41,670 nt of DNA, from the NCBI GenBank assembly GCA_002269645.1, contig NIVC01004574.1, forward strand, positions 1 through 41,670. Reading direction: 5' to 3'. Source of the stretch: Macrostomum lignano. Its lineage: Eukaryota. The notes under the pieces were generated by a model that was given only the letters and a program-made list of their open reading frames with translations, ran no database searches and was not told the origin of the DNA. Below, piece by piece: positions 1-13,081 of the stretch. Positions within the stretch are counted from its first letter, which is position 1; each line of letters begins with the position of its first letter. A program made the translations under genes and the position numbers.

Positions 1-302
1 CAGTCGACCAATGAAAATGCAGTTAGATTTAGCGGCCTGGTCTGTATAATTGATACAGCCGAAATTTTAACAGTCATCATAATGGCATTTTTGTCTAACT
101 TGCACCAAAATTTGGCTGCAGAAATTTCGGAGTGGTAAATTTTAATCTTGGAGTGACAAATTAAGATTTTGGAGTTGCAGAAAGTTATGGGCTACTGAAA
201 GAAGACTTAAGAGTGACAGAAGATGGCTTTTTGAGTGAAATCAGTAAATGAAGATCGGAGAGACAGGCAGATAAAATCTATAGTGGGGTGCAGAATTATA
301 TA

Positions 303-660
303 AGGGAGTGACAGTATTCGAAAAGGGAGTGACAGTATTCAAAAAGGGAGTGACTGTATTCGATAAGGGAGTGACAGTATTCGAAAAGGGAGTGACAGTA
401 TTCAATAAGGGAGACAGTATTCATAAGGGAGTGACAGTATTCGAAAAGGGAGTGACAGTATTAGATAAGGGAGTACAGTATTCAATAAGGGAGTGACAGT
501 ATTCGATAAGAAGTGACAGTATTCGATAAAGAAGTGACAGTATTCCATAAGAGTGACAGTATTTGATAAGGGAGTGACAGTATTCGAAAGGGAGTGACAG
601 TATTCGATCGGGGAGTACAGTATTCATAAGGGAGTGACAGTAGTTAATAGTCGAGTGACA
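303..660. repeat. Minisatellite, ~21-22 bp unit (AAGGGAGTGACAGTATTCGAT)
   Basis: Direct tandem copies; explains the VTVF[ED]KG periodic ORF at 308-496. Degenerate GGAGTG cores continue upstream to ~130. Confidence 0.95.
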
Positions 661-786
661 ATTCAGTGTCACTCAAGCACATTGATCACGAATAGACATC
701 CACAGAGTAGAATGCAGACGCCAACTAAAAATGGTAACAATCGCATTATCAAACAAGCAATTCCCGATGCTCAAAATGAGGCTCAC

Positions 787-886
787 CTGATGCGGCACTG
801 CTGGCTCCTACGCCGCCATAAATCTGTCTTCTGGGTGGAGACATCGACTGGTAAATAGACAGCTGCTGCTGTTGCTGCTGCTGAAC
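787..886 (-). CDS. Candidate cytoplasmic-tail exon of the protocadherin (VQQQQQQQLSIYQSMSPPRRQIYGGVGASSAAS)
   Basis: Minus strand has acceptor ...caactttcAG|GTT and donor TCAG|GTGAGC. The 100 bp are open, phase 0 in and phase 1 out, compatible with the phase-0 donor ending the large exon at 5390. Linkage is inferred. Confidence 0.55.
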
Positions 887-1321
887 CTGAAAGTTGATTA
901 ATTGACTTTTACTCTGAAACATGAAACATGACTCTTAAAAAGCGCGAATAGACCTCTATGAGCCTCTAGAAGGATCCACCTAGGAACCTTAGTAATAGGC
1001 TTTATGAGTAGGTTTCGCTGAGCACATTGATGAATTAATTAACACTAAACTTAAAGAGAGGGGCAGAGTCCTATTCCCAAACTAGGAGTTTGATGGATTG
1101 ACTTCCCTCCACATTTATGGGGGGGGGTGAACAGCAAGGTAAATTGCTTGTGACTTCGAGTCTGTTTGCTTTTGACTTTGAATTTGCATGAGTAGCTTTG
1201 CATTAGTTTTAGGATAAAAGCTTTTGGATAAACTTTTACAGTACGCTTCTGAATACAAAGTTATAGGCTATTATGATCCAATTGTACTCATTGACTGGCT
1301 CAGTGGGCTCACTTAGTGGGG

Positions 1322-1545
1322 AGGGGTTGCAGCCTAGTGGTTAGAGCGTCGGACTCACGACTGAAAGGTCCGGGGTTCGATTCTTGACCAACTCGGAACA
1401 ATTTGTGTCCTTGAGCAAGATACTTAACTCTGCATTGCTTCAGTTCACCCAGCTGTAAAATGGATGCCAGCATTAGCTGGGTAATTGAGGCTGTGTGTGG
1501 CGACCCCCCAGTCCTTGGGCTGACAGCCGTACGCAACCTTCAGAT
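1322..1545 (+). mobile_element. tRNA-derived SINE with CORE-like central domain
   Basis: A-box-like CAGCCTAGTGG and B-box GGTTCGATTC, with degenerate anticodon and T stems. Followed by TGTGTCCTTGAGCAAGATACTTAACTC...CAGTT...CTGTAAAATGG, which resembles the MIR CORE (TGTGACCTTGGGCAAGTCACTTAACCTC...CTGTAAAATGGG). Confidence 0.75.
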
Positions 1546-1578
1546 GCGCTGCGCAATAGCTGCGCGGCTGAGCTGTCG

Positions 1579-1824
1579 GTTGCACATCTGCCATTCAAAC
1601 AAGAATCAAGTCGCCAGCCCACCGGACCTTCGAGATATTCGACGATTCTGCCAAAGGGTCGGATTTTTCCCATAAGCGCCAATCAGCACGGTGCCTCAGT
1701 ACAGCCTTGCCAAGCCTCCAAATTTCATCAGCACGTCGACCGCATGTGTCTGCATCAGCTCTAAATTCATTGGTCACTGGCCTTCACTCACGCGGAGCTT
1801 CTGGACCTTCAACAGGTGGCACCA
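1579..1824 (+). mobile_element. Dispersed repeat fragment, degenerate coding sequence of an unclassified element
   Basis: Aligns to the reverse complement of ~28910-29185 (VAHL..KQESSRQPTGPSRYSTILP.GRIFPISA...WSLAFT.AELLDLQQVAP) with many third-position changes. Confidence 0.75.
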
Positions 1825-2300
1825 GCTACTGTAATCAAATTGTAATAACAGTCGATAAATTCACTTGAGAAGCTACCCTCATCAAAGCATGCTCAATACA
1901 GAATTAGCGGCTGCATTAATTTGTTTAGTTAGCAACAGCTCAGAGACTCAAATTATGTCAGAGACCCGCTACAATAAGGTTTCGGCTTGCAAAAACAACA
2001 AAAACGAGGCTAAAAAAGTAACAGAGAAACTACCAGCATCTCTATATTATACATGCATATTTAACTAAAGAAACGGTTCGTGCCAGCCCTCTTTGTTGGC
2101 TTTTTTTCCACCCCACATCTCCCAGCTCCTTGCACCTGCCCCACCCCAATCAATTTGAGCGTAGGTGCGTGAATAATTAACACGAATCCTGCAGTCATAA
2201 ACTTACTGCGGTGAGTTCTGCTCGTTTCATCCGATTTTTATCGATAATAATGACTGGAACTTATAGTGAGTGGCGTTTAGTGCACCACATGGACATGTAG

Positions 2301-2933
<633 letters not shown>

Positions 2934-3380
2934 GGTCTCTGCCCAGTAACGCGGTGTAACTTTTACAACTTCACATCATTGCCCAGAAAGCGCTGGAGCA
3001 TAAGTATTTATACGAGCCATCAGCCGTCTCCCACAGACTCTCGCACCGAGAGTCATCCTAGAACAAAACAGATGGAAAGTCGGAATCCAAAATATCATTT
3101 TCTGCATTGTAAAAACTCCTCTTTTAAAAGCGGGACCAATGCAGCAGCCCAGTTTTGATTTAAGGTGTCATAAAAGTGCTCTTTCTCGCAAAGAAGCTTT
3201 GGAGAATTTCGAATCAGCTGGACCTTGCTGTGAATGTGAAGTGACCATGGAGTCTTAAAGGGAGATTCTGGAGCTGAGGACTCCTATATCATCGTAGTTG
3301 CTACATCAGAGGTTGACAGAAAATTTACTCCAAGGGTCAGATAAAGAATTCGCTCGTAGATCATTGCTGCCGGCCAGATG

Positions 3381-3530
3381 AGAGAGAAAAGGAGAAGGAA
3401 TGGAAGAGAGAGGAGATATAGAAGAGGGGGAGAGGCGAGAGGAGAGAGAAGAGGGGAGAGAGAAGAGAGGAGAAAGGAGGGTAGAGAGGGGCGGGGAGAG
3501 AAAAGGGCAGAGAGAAGAGAAAGGAGCTGA
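3381..3530. repeat. GA-rich low-complexity tract
   Basis: Purine-only run (GAGAGG/GAGAAG). Confidence 0.85.
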
Positions 3531-3904
3531 GAATAGATGCAAATCTTGAGCGGGAAGACTCGAAAATTTCAAAGGACTCGAAAGCCGGATAGAGAGGCTT
3601 CACGGGCCGGATTCTGTTCTACATCAAAAGGTTTCCATAATCGAAATTCAAGAAAGATATTAGTGAAACATCTACGAATAATCAGCATTATCTCTGCCAT
3701 AAATTTTGTTAATTCTATAGATTATCTATGTAGAGTTAATTTCTAAACTGAGCAGTCAGTGGAGATCAGTGGCACCTAAATTTGACCCCAGGGGGAGGGC
3801 AGGTGACCTCTTTAACCGTCCCTAAGACTGGATTCCCACGTCAATTGTTGAGAGGCTGCCAGGCAAGTAAGGAACACAAGAGGGGACAAAGGGGGTCGCC
3901 GCCC

Positions 3905-4090
3905 CCATCTCTTCCTCTCTCCATCTCCCTCTCTCCCTCTGTATCTCCCTCTCCTCTCTCTCTCTCCCTCTCCCTCTCTCCTCTCTCTCCTCTCCTCTCT
4001 CCTCTCTCCCTCTCCCTCTCTCCCTCTCCCTCTCTCCCTCTCCCTCTCTCCCTCTCCCTCTCTTCCCTCCCTCTCCCTCTCCCTCTTTTC
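3905..4090. repeat. CT-rich low-complexity tract
   Basis: Pyrimidine-only run (CTCTCC). Confidence 0.85.
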
Positions 4091-4784
4091 CTAAATTCAG
4101 CTAGATTTCCTTTTTTATTTTCTCAGCCAGATATCTACATTAAGTCGTCCATGACGGGAAAATCCCGCCAGTTCCGCCCAGAAAACTTTCCTGTGATTCA
4201 CCAACTCTCACAGATCCGCTCCGTCACTTTCTTTCCACTTTTCCCCTCTCTCTCTCCCTGTTCCTCTCTATAAGTTGTTAGCAATCTTCAGTTCCCGCCA
4301 ACCCTGCACCCCCATATTTGAATTTATTTGGAATCTTCAACACACACACACTGTGCAAAAAGCAACAGCTGGTCTCTTCTCCTTTTAGCGAAATTCTTTC
4401 GTTTTTCCCCGATTATAACTAACAGTGGGCTTCATATGCCGAAGATTCACCGCCTTTATGCGGTTGATTACGAGCTAAAATACTGAAGTTGATTATTTCA
4501 TATATGAAATGGCTATTAATATTAAGATTGGAGTGTTTTACCCCTCTTCACCCTAAGTCGCAGAACTTCGGGATAAAAACTGATCAAGAGAGAAGCACGT
4601 GGGTGGGTCCCCGACTTTGTTAGGAAACAATGAAAAGCTTTTAAGGCTCATTGATAGGTAGGTATGCTTATAAGTATTTGTATAGAATTAGGCTCAAAAC
4701 ACTTGATAGCCTGCACTCTCTGTGCATGGGCCCTATGACATCATATGCACAACGGCCTATTATACACGTAAAATATACACATGG

Positions 4785-5045
4785 ACATCTGTTAGACAGG
4801 AATTGACATCTGTTAGACAGGAATTGACATCTGTTAGACAGGGATTGACATCTGTTAGACAGGAATAGACATCTGTTAGACAGGAATTGACATCTGTTAG
4901 ACAGGTATTGACATCTGTTAGACAGAAGTTGACATCTCTTAGACAGAAATCGACATCTGTTAGACAGGATTTGACATCTGTTAGACAGAAGTCGCCATCT
5001 GTTAGACAGGAATTGACATCTGTTAGACAGTAACGTCTGTTAGAT
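4785..5045. repeat. Minisatellite, 21 bp unit (GACATCTGTTAGACAGGAATT), ~12 copies
   Basis: Direct tandem copies inside the protocadherin intron. Confidence 0.95.
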
Positions 5046-5389
5046 GAGAAAGTCTCTCGGATAATGCTAGACAGGTGCCACTCAAGCTCGTCAGCTACTT
5101 GTAGTTTAAATTTGCGCGAAAATAGGACATTGATTAAACAAACTAAGGTTCTATTTAGCCATCTGTGGCAGTCTCTTTCTCAGTTGTTCGTATCGGATTG
5201 GAACTTTTCATTTTGGGTCTCCAGAGTGTCTCTTTCTGTTCGAAGTCTAAAACACCTGCTAGGCAGAAACATCTGGTTTACATAAGTTTCTATTCATCCA
5301 TTCTGCCTACGATCTTTCCTTTAGCTCACCCTAAAAGACCATCCAGCAACTTATCAACGCGCTTTCACGGCAACACGGCAACGCCTTAC

Positions 5390-8248
5390 CTCAGTCAGGT
5401 CGCCTCCCGCCTTGCCGAAAGTCCCTCCAGTAGACAGCAGCCTCCGCGAGCCTGGCTGTAGCGTCGAGGACGCCTGTTGAATCTCCTCGCCAGCCTCGGC
5501 GCTGTGCTTGATTGTCGCCGCAGGCTGCACCGGCCCCAGACACGGCTCGAGCAGGTCCGGCAGAAACTCCGGCGTCCTGTGCCAGTGCCTGGCGTACAGA
5601 AACAACAGCAGAGTGGCCAGCAGAAGGAGGCAGACAAAGACCGCTATCGCGGCTAGAACGCTCGAGTCAGTCAGCAGGGAGCCGCGATTGATGACGTCAC
5701 CGTCGCGTCTGACACCGTTTAACGGATTGCGCGTTCTGCTCCCACCTCCGCTGTCTACCACTCGACTGTACGGCACCGAGTCGTCAACGAGGATGAAGAA
5801 TTCGCAGGTGGAGCTCAGACTCTTCGGCTTGCCATGATCCTTGGCCACCACGGTGACAAGCTTTGGCCCGATGCTTCTGTAGTCCATTTTCACGGCCACT
5901 TGCACCTCGCCAGTGTCTTCGTCAATCTTGAACAGGCTGTTTCGTAGCATGCTGAATTGAAGGCGCCCGTTAGTCATTTTGTCATGATCATCGTCCTTGG
6001 CATTAACTTTCACCACCGTGTGTCCGATGCCCTCTTTCCAAGAGACTGTGTGGTTATACCGACGCGCTTTACCATTGCAGGGGTACACAATCTGCGGCGA
6101 GTGGTCATTGACGTCCTGAACAACTACGGTCACCGTGCTGGTGACCGTGTGTCCAGCCGAACCGTGACCGGCATCCCTGGCCACCAGCAGGAACTGGAAC
6201 TCACTCACCCTCTCGCTGTCCAAGCTGTCAGTAGCCTGCAGATAAAACCTGCCGTGCTCTTCAAGTACTTGAAACGGCAGTCGATCCAGCAATCTCAGAG
6301 GCTGCAACGTCAAGGACAGTTGGCCAACCTTGTCGGGATCGGTGACGTTAATCTCGCCGATAGGATATCCAGTCGAGTTGTTCTCAAACACCGTGAAAGT
6401 CATGCGCTGCTCCATCTGGGGCTTGTTGTCGTTCACGTCTTTGAGACGAATCTCCAGGTTAATCGAGTTGGACCTGGCCGGCGTGCCTTTGTCTCGAGCA
6501 ACTACAACTATTTGAAAAAGGTCGCCAGGTAGGTTGAGCGTTTCTCGATCCAGCGCCCGCCGGATGAAAATATGGCCATTATTATAGATACCGAAAGCCT
6601 CAAACGGATACAAATTCTGTTGGTCCATTGAGAACACCACTGTGCCGTTTTCCCGATAGTCCGGATCCAGCGCGCTTACTGTCGCGAAAACTGTATTTGG
6701 CGACAGGTTCTCAGCGATTTCGACTGTTTTAGCGTCGCTTAGCGAGCTTTTCCCGAGCACAGCGTGCACCTTGAGCATTGGACTGTTATCGTTGAGGTCC
6801 AGAATGCGGATATTGACACTCGTGTTTGCACTTCTCTGCGGCGTACCGTGATCGCTGCACATTATCCGCACTTTGATCTGGACCTCGGTTACCGATGGGT
6901 TGATAGATGGGTTTCTCAGAAACTCTTCGCGATCCAGTCCATGTCCAGTTTTAGTGCGCAAGTAGTACTCGACTCCTGGCAAAATTTTCTTCAAAGTGAA
7001 GTGTTCCCGATCTTTGGTGTCAAGAATTTCACACGTAACCTGGCCGTTGAGTCCCTTGTCTCGGTCAGCTGGAGTTATTATTGCTACCGTCATTGATTCC
7101 GCTTGGTTCTCCACTATGCTGGCCATGTGCTGACCTTCGTCTGTCAAGTAGTGCACGCTGACTACAGGAGTTTCGTCATTATCGTCAAGCACAATGATAG
7201 TCACGGTAGCAGTTGAGAGTCGGTTGCGAGTACTGTATGGCACTCTATTTCGAGCAATAATAGCCAGCTTGTACTCTGTTGCCTCTTCATAGTCCAGCTG
7301 GCGTATTAGCACAACATTTCCGGTGCTTCGAGTAGAATCGACCCGGAAGTGTCGCTGGATGGCGCTCAGATCGGCCTGATGCGGGTCCAACTCGTACAGA
7401 ATCTCAGCATTGACACCTTCGTCTTCGTCCTTAGCAACAACTCGAGCAACGATAGCGTTGGGTTTCCTACTCTCAAGCAATCGTATTGTCTGGCCTCTGG
7501 AGCTGCTGCGCTCGAAATGCGGATAAATATCGTTGCGATCTGTCACGTTGACAATGATCCGCGTGCTGCCTTTCTGCTCTCCGGAATCGATTGCTGTCAA
7601 AACGAATTCGTACGAGGCTGTGGTCTCTCGGTCAAGCGGCGTCTTCAGCTCCAACCAGAGCTGACCGTTTGCTCGACTGCCGCGACTGCGCGAGCTCTCG
7701 TGTTTTAGACCGAACGGCGAGCTGTCTGGCATGAGAATGTACCGCTGCACCGCATTCTCGTCCGAGTCCAAGTCCGTTGCCACTGGCAACCGTTCCAAGT
7801 GTCCAGGCTGAGTGTCCTCCGGAATGAAGAACGCCTTTGAAGCCGTCTCAAAGCGCGGAGTATGATCGTTTCGATCTCTTAGCCCGACGCGGAGAACTTT
7901 TCTCTGCAGCGGGGTTGTCCGGTGGCTAATAAATGTCAGGTCCAACTGACAGATTAATCTGTCATTTTCGCAGCAAAGTTTATCATTTTGACACATAACA
8001 TCTCGATCGAGGGTCTTCTTGGCTTTTAGTAAACCGGATTCCTTGTCGAATGTCACGTAGGGGTGCGGCAGCAGTTGATAAGAGTTCGAATCGATGCCAT
8101 TGTTGTGCAGTAGTATTCTCGAGTCGGGCAGCTCAGAATCCTGCGGTATGTCTTCGTCAATTGTCGCATCGAAAGTAGATTGCAAGCAGTACGATGCACA
8201 AACAGCGACTGCAAGAACAAAGACTGTTAGTAGAAACTGCCTTGTCAT
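5390..8248 (-). CDS. Protocadherin large exon: signal peptide, 7 cadherin repeats, TM helix, start of cytoplasmic tail (953 codons)
   Basis: Hydrophobic N-terminus; six DxND-x-P linkers (DRNDHTP, DRNDIYP, DDNDETP, DLNDNSP, DVNDNKP, DVNDHSP); LDRE/LDYE motifs; Cys pair region in EC1; TM VLAAIAVFVCLLLLATLLLFLY. GAG|GTAAGG donor at 5389 truncates the ORF after DLTE. Confidence 0.92.
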
Positions 8249-9511
8249 TGTATTGTGAAAGTGCGATTAATCACTGCATCAAAATGTTCCTTGGGTAAAA
8301 ACTTAAGCAAACTTCAAAGCATGACAATATGATACAGATGCTTGTTTCGTATTTCCTTCTGTATTAGTTGCTTCTTAAATGATTTCAGGCAACACAGTTG
8401 ATCTTGCCTTGATGAAGAATGCGCAGCATTGGTTGCTTACACTGGGCACCCAATTGCAGCCCGATCTGTGGACGATTTTTTATTGACAGCCAAACGCAAG
8501 CTACCCAATTGGACAGTGAGGAGAGATTAGTCTAAATTAGGCGTCCCATAATAAACTGGAGTGTAGATTTATTGCTATTTACTTAGTACACTACTTGTCC
8601 GCAGTAGTTTGTAGGTAATTTTACTTCAACAGATGTATGAACGGGTCCTCATTCTATACAAGTTTGCTAATTGACTCACCCACGGGACTCGCTCACCCGT
8701 TAACACACCGATAAACTCACACACTCAAGCGCCAACTCACTTAACTCCCACTCATAAAATTCCTTATGAACTCACTCATAAAATTCCTCATTAACTCACT
8801 CATAAACTCACTCATTAACTCACCCATAAACTGACCCATGAACTCATGTACTCAAACATCAACTTACTTAGTAAAAAAATGAGAAAATGAGACTTAAAAG
8901 AAAACGGTTAAGAAAGTTAATTAGCATAGCAAAGCAATTAATTACACAGTTTTTACACTACACACTACAAAACACACTACACCTAACCAGTATCATGTAA
9001 AATACATGGAGACAGAGAGGGCAGATGGGTGAAAAACGAGGAGGGGGGGGGTTGAGTGTAGAAAAACGCAATGTACATACATTCCCGGGAGTGTACACAC
9101 AGTCCAACACCTCTCTTACCCTCCCTCTTAGCCCTTATGCGTTCCTTTCTATCCATCCAGCCAGGCCCCATGCGGTTGGTTAAGGAAAGAAAGACAGGAC
9201 TGCGACCAACAGAGAAAAGGTAAGACACATGTGACCTGTCCCACCACTGCCCCGACTCGTTTATATGAGCTTGTACACTCATTTCTTCAGTGACTCAGGC
9301 TCAAAAATTCAAGGTGAGCTCATTTTAATAAGTCTTCCTGCTGTCTGAATGCAAGGCGTGAATAAAGTAATAAAATCCTCTAAATTTAACTACGCTGGTT
9401 AATCCCCATTGCCAACCAAGAAGCTACTCAGTCTCACTGTACACTTGGTGCGCCACATACAACTGTAAGTTGATACTCTACCTGTCTTTTCTTATTAGCA
9501 CCTCATCTAGT

Positions 9512-11136
9512 CAATTCTACTAATTAATTAAGCGCCAATTCTACTAAATTAAGCGCCAAATCTACTAAATTAAGCGCCAAATCTACTAAATAAAGCGCCA
9601 AATCTACTAAATTAAGCGCCAAATCTACTAAATTAAGCGCCAATTCTACTAAATTAAGCGCCAAATCTACTAAATTAAGCGCCAATTCTACTAAATTAAG
9701 CGCCAAATCTACTAAATTAAGCGCCAAATCTACTAAATTAAGCGCCAAATCTACTAAATTAAGCGCCAATTCTACTAAATAAAGCGCCAAATCTACTAAA
9801 TAAAGCGCCAATTCTACTAAATTAAGCGCCAAATCTACTAAATTAAGCGCCAATTCTACTAAATTAAGTGCCTATTCTACTAAATTAAGCGCCAATTTTA
9901 CTAAATTAAGCGCCAATTTTACTAAATTAAGCGCCAAATCTACTAAATTAAGCGCCAATTCTACTAAATAAAGCGCCAAATCTACTAAATAAAGCGCCAA
10001 TTCTACTAAATTAAGCGCCAAATCTACTAAATTAAGCGCCAATTCTACTAAATTAAGCGCCAATTCTACTAAATTAAGTGCCTATTCTACTAAATTAAGC
10101 GCCAATTCTACTAAATTAAGCGCCAATTCTACTAAATAAAGCGCCAATTCTACTAAATTAAGCGCCAATTTTACTAAATTAAGTGCCTATTCTACTAAAT
10201 TAAGCGCCAATTTTACTAAATTAAGCGCCAATTCTACTAAATTAAGCGTCAAATCTACTAAATTAAGCGCCAATTCTACTAAATTAAGCGCCAATTCTAC
10301 TAAATAAAGCGCCAATTCTACTAAATTAAGCGCCAAATCTACTAAATTAAGCGCCAATTCTACTAAATTAAGCGCCAATTTTACTAAATTAAGTGCCTAT
10401 TCTACTAAATTAAGCGCCAATTCTACTAAATTAAGCGCCAATTTTACTAAATTAAGTGCCTATTCTACTAAATTAAGCGCCAATTTTACTAAATTAAGCG
10501 CCAATTTTACTAAATTAAGCGCCAATTCTACTAAATTAAGCGCCAATTCTACTAAATAAAGCGCCAATTCTACTAACTTAAGCGCCAAATCTGCTAAATT
10601 AAGCGCCAATTCTACTAACTTAAGCGCCAATTCTACTAAATTAAGCGCCAATTCTACTAAATTAAGCGCCAATTCTACTAAATTAAGCGCCAATTCTACT
10701 AAATTAAGCGCCAATTCTACTAAATTAAGCGCCAATTCTACTAAATTAAGCGCCAATTTTACTAAATTAAGCGCCAAATCTACTAAATTAAGCGCCAATT
10801 CTACTAAATTAAGCGCCAATTCTACTAAATTAAGCGCCAATTTTACTAAATTAAGCGCCAAATCTACTAAATTAAGCGTCAATTCTACTAATTTAAGCGC
10901 CAATTCTACTAAATTAAGCGCCTATTCTACTAAATTAAGCGCCAATTCTACTAAATTAGGCGCCAATTCTGCTAAGTTAGGCGTCAATTCTACTAATTTA
11001 AGCGCCAATTCTGCTAAATTAAGCGCCAATTCTACTAAGTTAGGCGTCAATTCTACTAATTTAAGCGCCAATTCTGCTAAATTAAGCGCCAATTCTACTA
11101 AATTAGGCGCCAATTCTACTAAGTTAGGCGTCAATT
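9512..11136. repeat. Minisatellite, 21 bp unit (AATTCTACTAAATTAAGCGCC), ~77 copies
   Basis: Direct tandem copies between the divergent protocadherin and CEP70 starts; explains the LALNLV[DE] ORFs. Confidence 0.98.
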
Positions 11137-11288
11137 AGACCAATTGGTCGTCTGTTGACCCAGAAATGGACGTTTTTATTGGTTCCCAGATTCTGTCTAT
11201 GGCCAAATGTAAAAATCTGACTAACGCCTTAAAGTTTTATAGCAGTACAACTTTAAATAGTATTGCGAATCAGTAACTAAACTCTAAA

Positions 11289-11657
11289 ATGGCATCCAAC
11301 CGGCCTTTACAGACAAATATGAGCGTCAATGGTGCACCAGCAACAGCCGGCAATCTTGGCGAACAACTCGATGATGAGTGCCAACTGTGGCAGCGAGCTC
11401 TGAGACTGCTCAGCAATCGTCAGGGCATCGAACTGCCAAGGAATGAACGACTGTCTTGGACTCTCAAAGGTGTCTGCATGCCGATCAACCTGTCACGCTT
11501 GGCTCGAACTTGGCTGCTGGATCTGTGCAACGAATCAGACCAGAGGCAAGCTAGCATTGACCGACTGGAAGAAGCTGAGCGGCATGCTCGGGCTGACTTG
11601 AGATACAGCCAAGAAAAGATGCAGCTGTATAGAGAGAAGCTGGCCTCATTGCAACAG
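11289..11657 (+). CDS. CEP70: Centrosomal protein 70 homolog, exon 1
   Basis: ATG to CAG|GTAAAT donor, phase 0; coiled-coil; joins in frame to exon 2. Confidence 0.8.
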
Positions 11658-11732
11658 GTAAATGAGAATTAGTTTCAAGGGGCTGATTTCTAAGAAAAAG
11701 TAGCTGTGTTAGAGGTGCTTGATATTTCCTAG

Positions 11733-12410
11733 GATTTCCTAGCTTCCTGGGTGGAAATAGGGGCGGATTTCCAAGGGTTGATGGAGGCTTCCTGAGTGGA
11801 AATAAGGGCGGATTTCCATGGATTGATAGAGGCTTCCTGAGTGGAAATAGGGGCGGATTTCCATGGATCGATGGAAGCTTCCTGGGTGGAAATAAGGGCG
11901 GATTTCCATGGATTGATAGAGGCTTCCTGAGTGGAAATAGGGGCGGATTTCCATGGATCGATGAAAGCTTCCTGGGTGGAAATAGGGGCGGATTTCCATG
12001 GATCGATGGAAGCTTCCTGGGTGGAAATAGGGGCGGATTTCCATGGATTGATGGAAGCTTCCTGAGTGGAACTAGTGGCGGATTTCCAAGGGTTGATGGA
12101 AGCTTCCTGAGTGGAACTAGGGGCATTTTTCCATGGATTGATGGAAGCTTCCCAAGTGGAAATAGGGGCAGATTTCCATTCATTGATGGAAGCTTCCTGG
12201 GTGGAAATAGGGGCGGATTTCCATGGGTTGATGGAAGCTTCCTGAGTGGAAATAGGGGCGGATTTCCATGGGTTGATGGAAGCTTCCTAAGTGGAAATAG
12301 GGGCGGATTTCAATAGATTGATAGAAGCTTCCTGGGTGGAAATAGGGGCGGATTTCAATAGATTGATGGAAGCTTCCTGGGTGGAAATAGGGGTGGATTT
12401 CTGGGCTAGA
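11733..12410. repeat. Intronic minisatellite, 45 bp unit (GATGGAAGCTTCCTGGGTGGAAATAGGGGCGGATTTCCATGGATT), ~15 copies
   Basis: Direct tandem copies filling CEP70 intron 1. Confidence 0.95.
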
Positions 12411-12471
12411 CGGTAATTGAGATTTTAAGGGCATAAAAATCATTCAAAAATATTTTTCCCCTAATCTTCAG

Positions 12472-12850
12472 TCCTCGTTGGACTCGGCTCGCTCCTCGAA
12501 CTTCCTTGACTCAGTGCCGGACTCGCTGTTGCTACCCGCCTCAGTTTCGAATGCTTCATCATCGAATCGCGAAGCAGAACTGCTCAACTCCAAGTCGGTG
12601 GCCAATAGCCGTGCCAAAGCTCTGGAGTCGCGGGTGGAGTCGCAGGCGGCGGAGATCAGCCGCCTACGCCGGAAGCTGCATGACTCCGAGCGGACTGAAG
12701 CCGAACGGCACAAACGGCAGTTGGAAATTTTTCGCAGTTTAAAGCAGCGCAAGCCGACAAAAAACTCCCCGATGGACAACCGGATGCTGGATATTATTGA
12801 CAGCTACGAGACTCAGCTGCATCGGATGCGGCTGGAACTGCAGGCCTGCG
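12472..12850 (+). CDS. CEP70: CEP70 exon 2
   Basis: ttttcccctaatcttcAG acceptor, phase 0; TGCG|GTGAGC donor, phase 1; coiled-coil sequence. Confidence 0.85.
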
Positions 12851-12904
12851 GTGAGCTGCTTTTAGTGATATGACAGCTGGTCTGTTTAGAATGCGTTAAT
12901 GTGA

Positions 12905-13046
12905 TAGTCAATCAATTAATCAGTCAATCAGTCAATCAATCAATCAATCAATCAATCAGTCAATCAATCAACCAATCAATCAATCAACCAATCAAGCCAT
13001 CAATCAATTAATAAATTAATCAACCACCCAATCAATCAATCAAGCT

Positions 13047-13080
<34 letters not shown>
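12905..13080. repeat. (TCAA)n degenerate microsatellite in CEP70 intron 2
   Basis: Directly visible; abuts the putative acceptor. Confidence 0.9.
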
Positions 13081-13081
13081 G

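Noticed and set aside
1322-1392. Functional tRNA gene
   Set aside because: The anticodon and T stems do not pair properly, and the sequence continues into a SINE core.
2971-3057. Alternative protocadherin terminal exon (DDSRCESLWETADGS...)
   Set aside because: It has an acceptor and phase match but nothing else supporting it. The 787-886 exon has both splice sites and more typical composition.
5395-7708. Overlapping ORFs within the protocadherin exon (and similar ones over CEP70, the GPCR and the NHL genes)
   Set aside because: These are antisense or alternative-frame shadows of GC-rich coding exons with no recognisable motifs.
9512-11136. CRISPR-like regular repeats (also the other arrays)
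   Set aside because: Units are head-to-tail with no unique spacers, there are no cas genes, and the context is eukaryotic.
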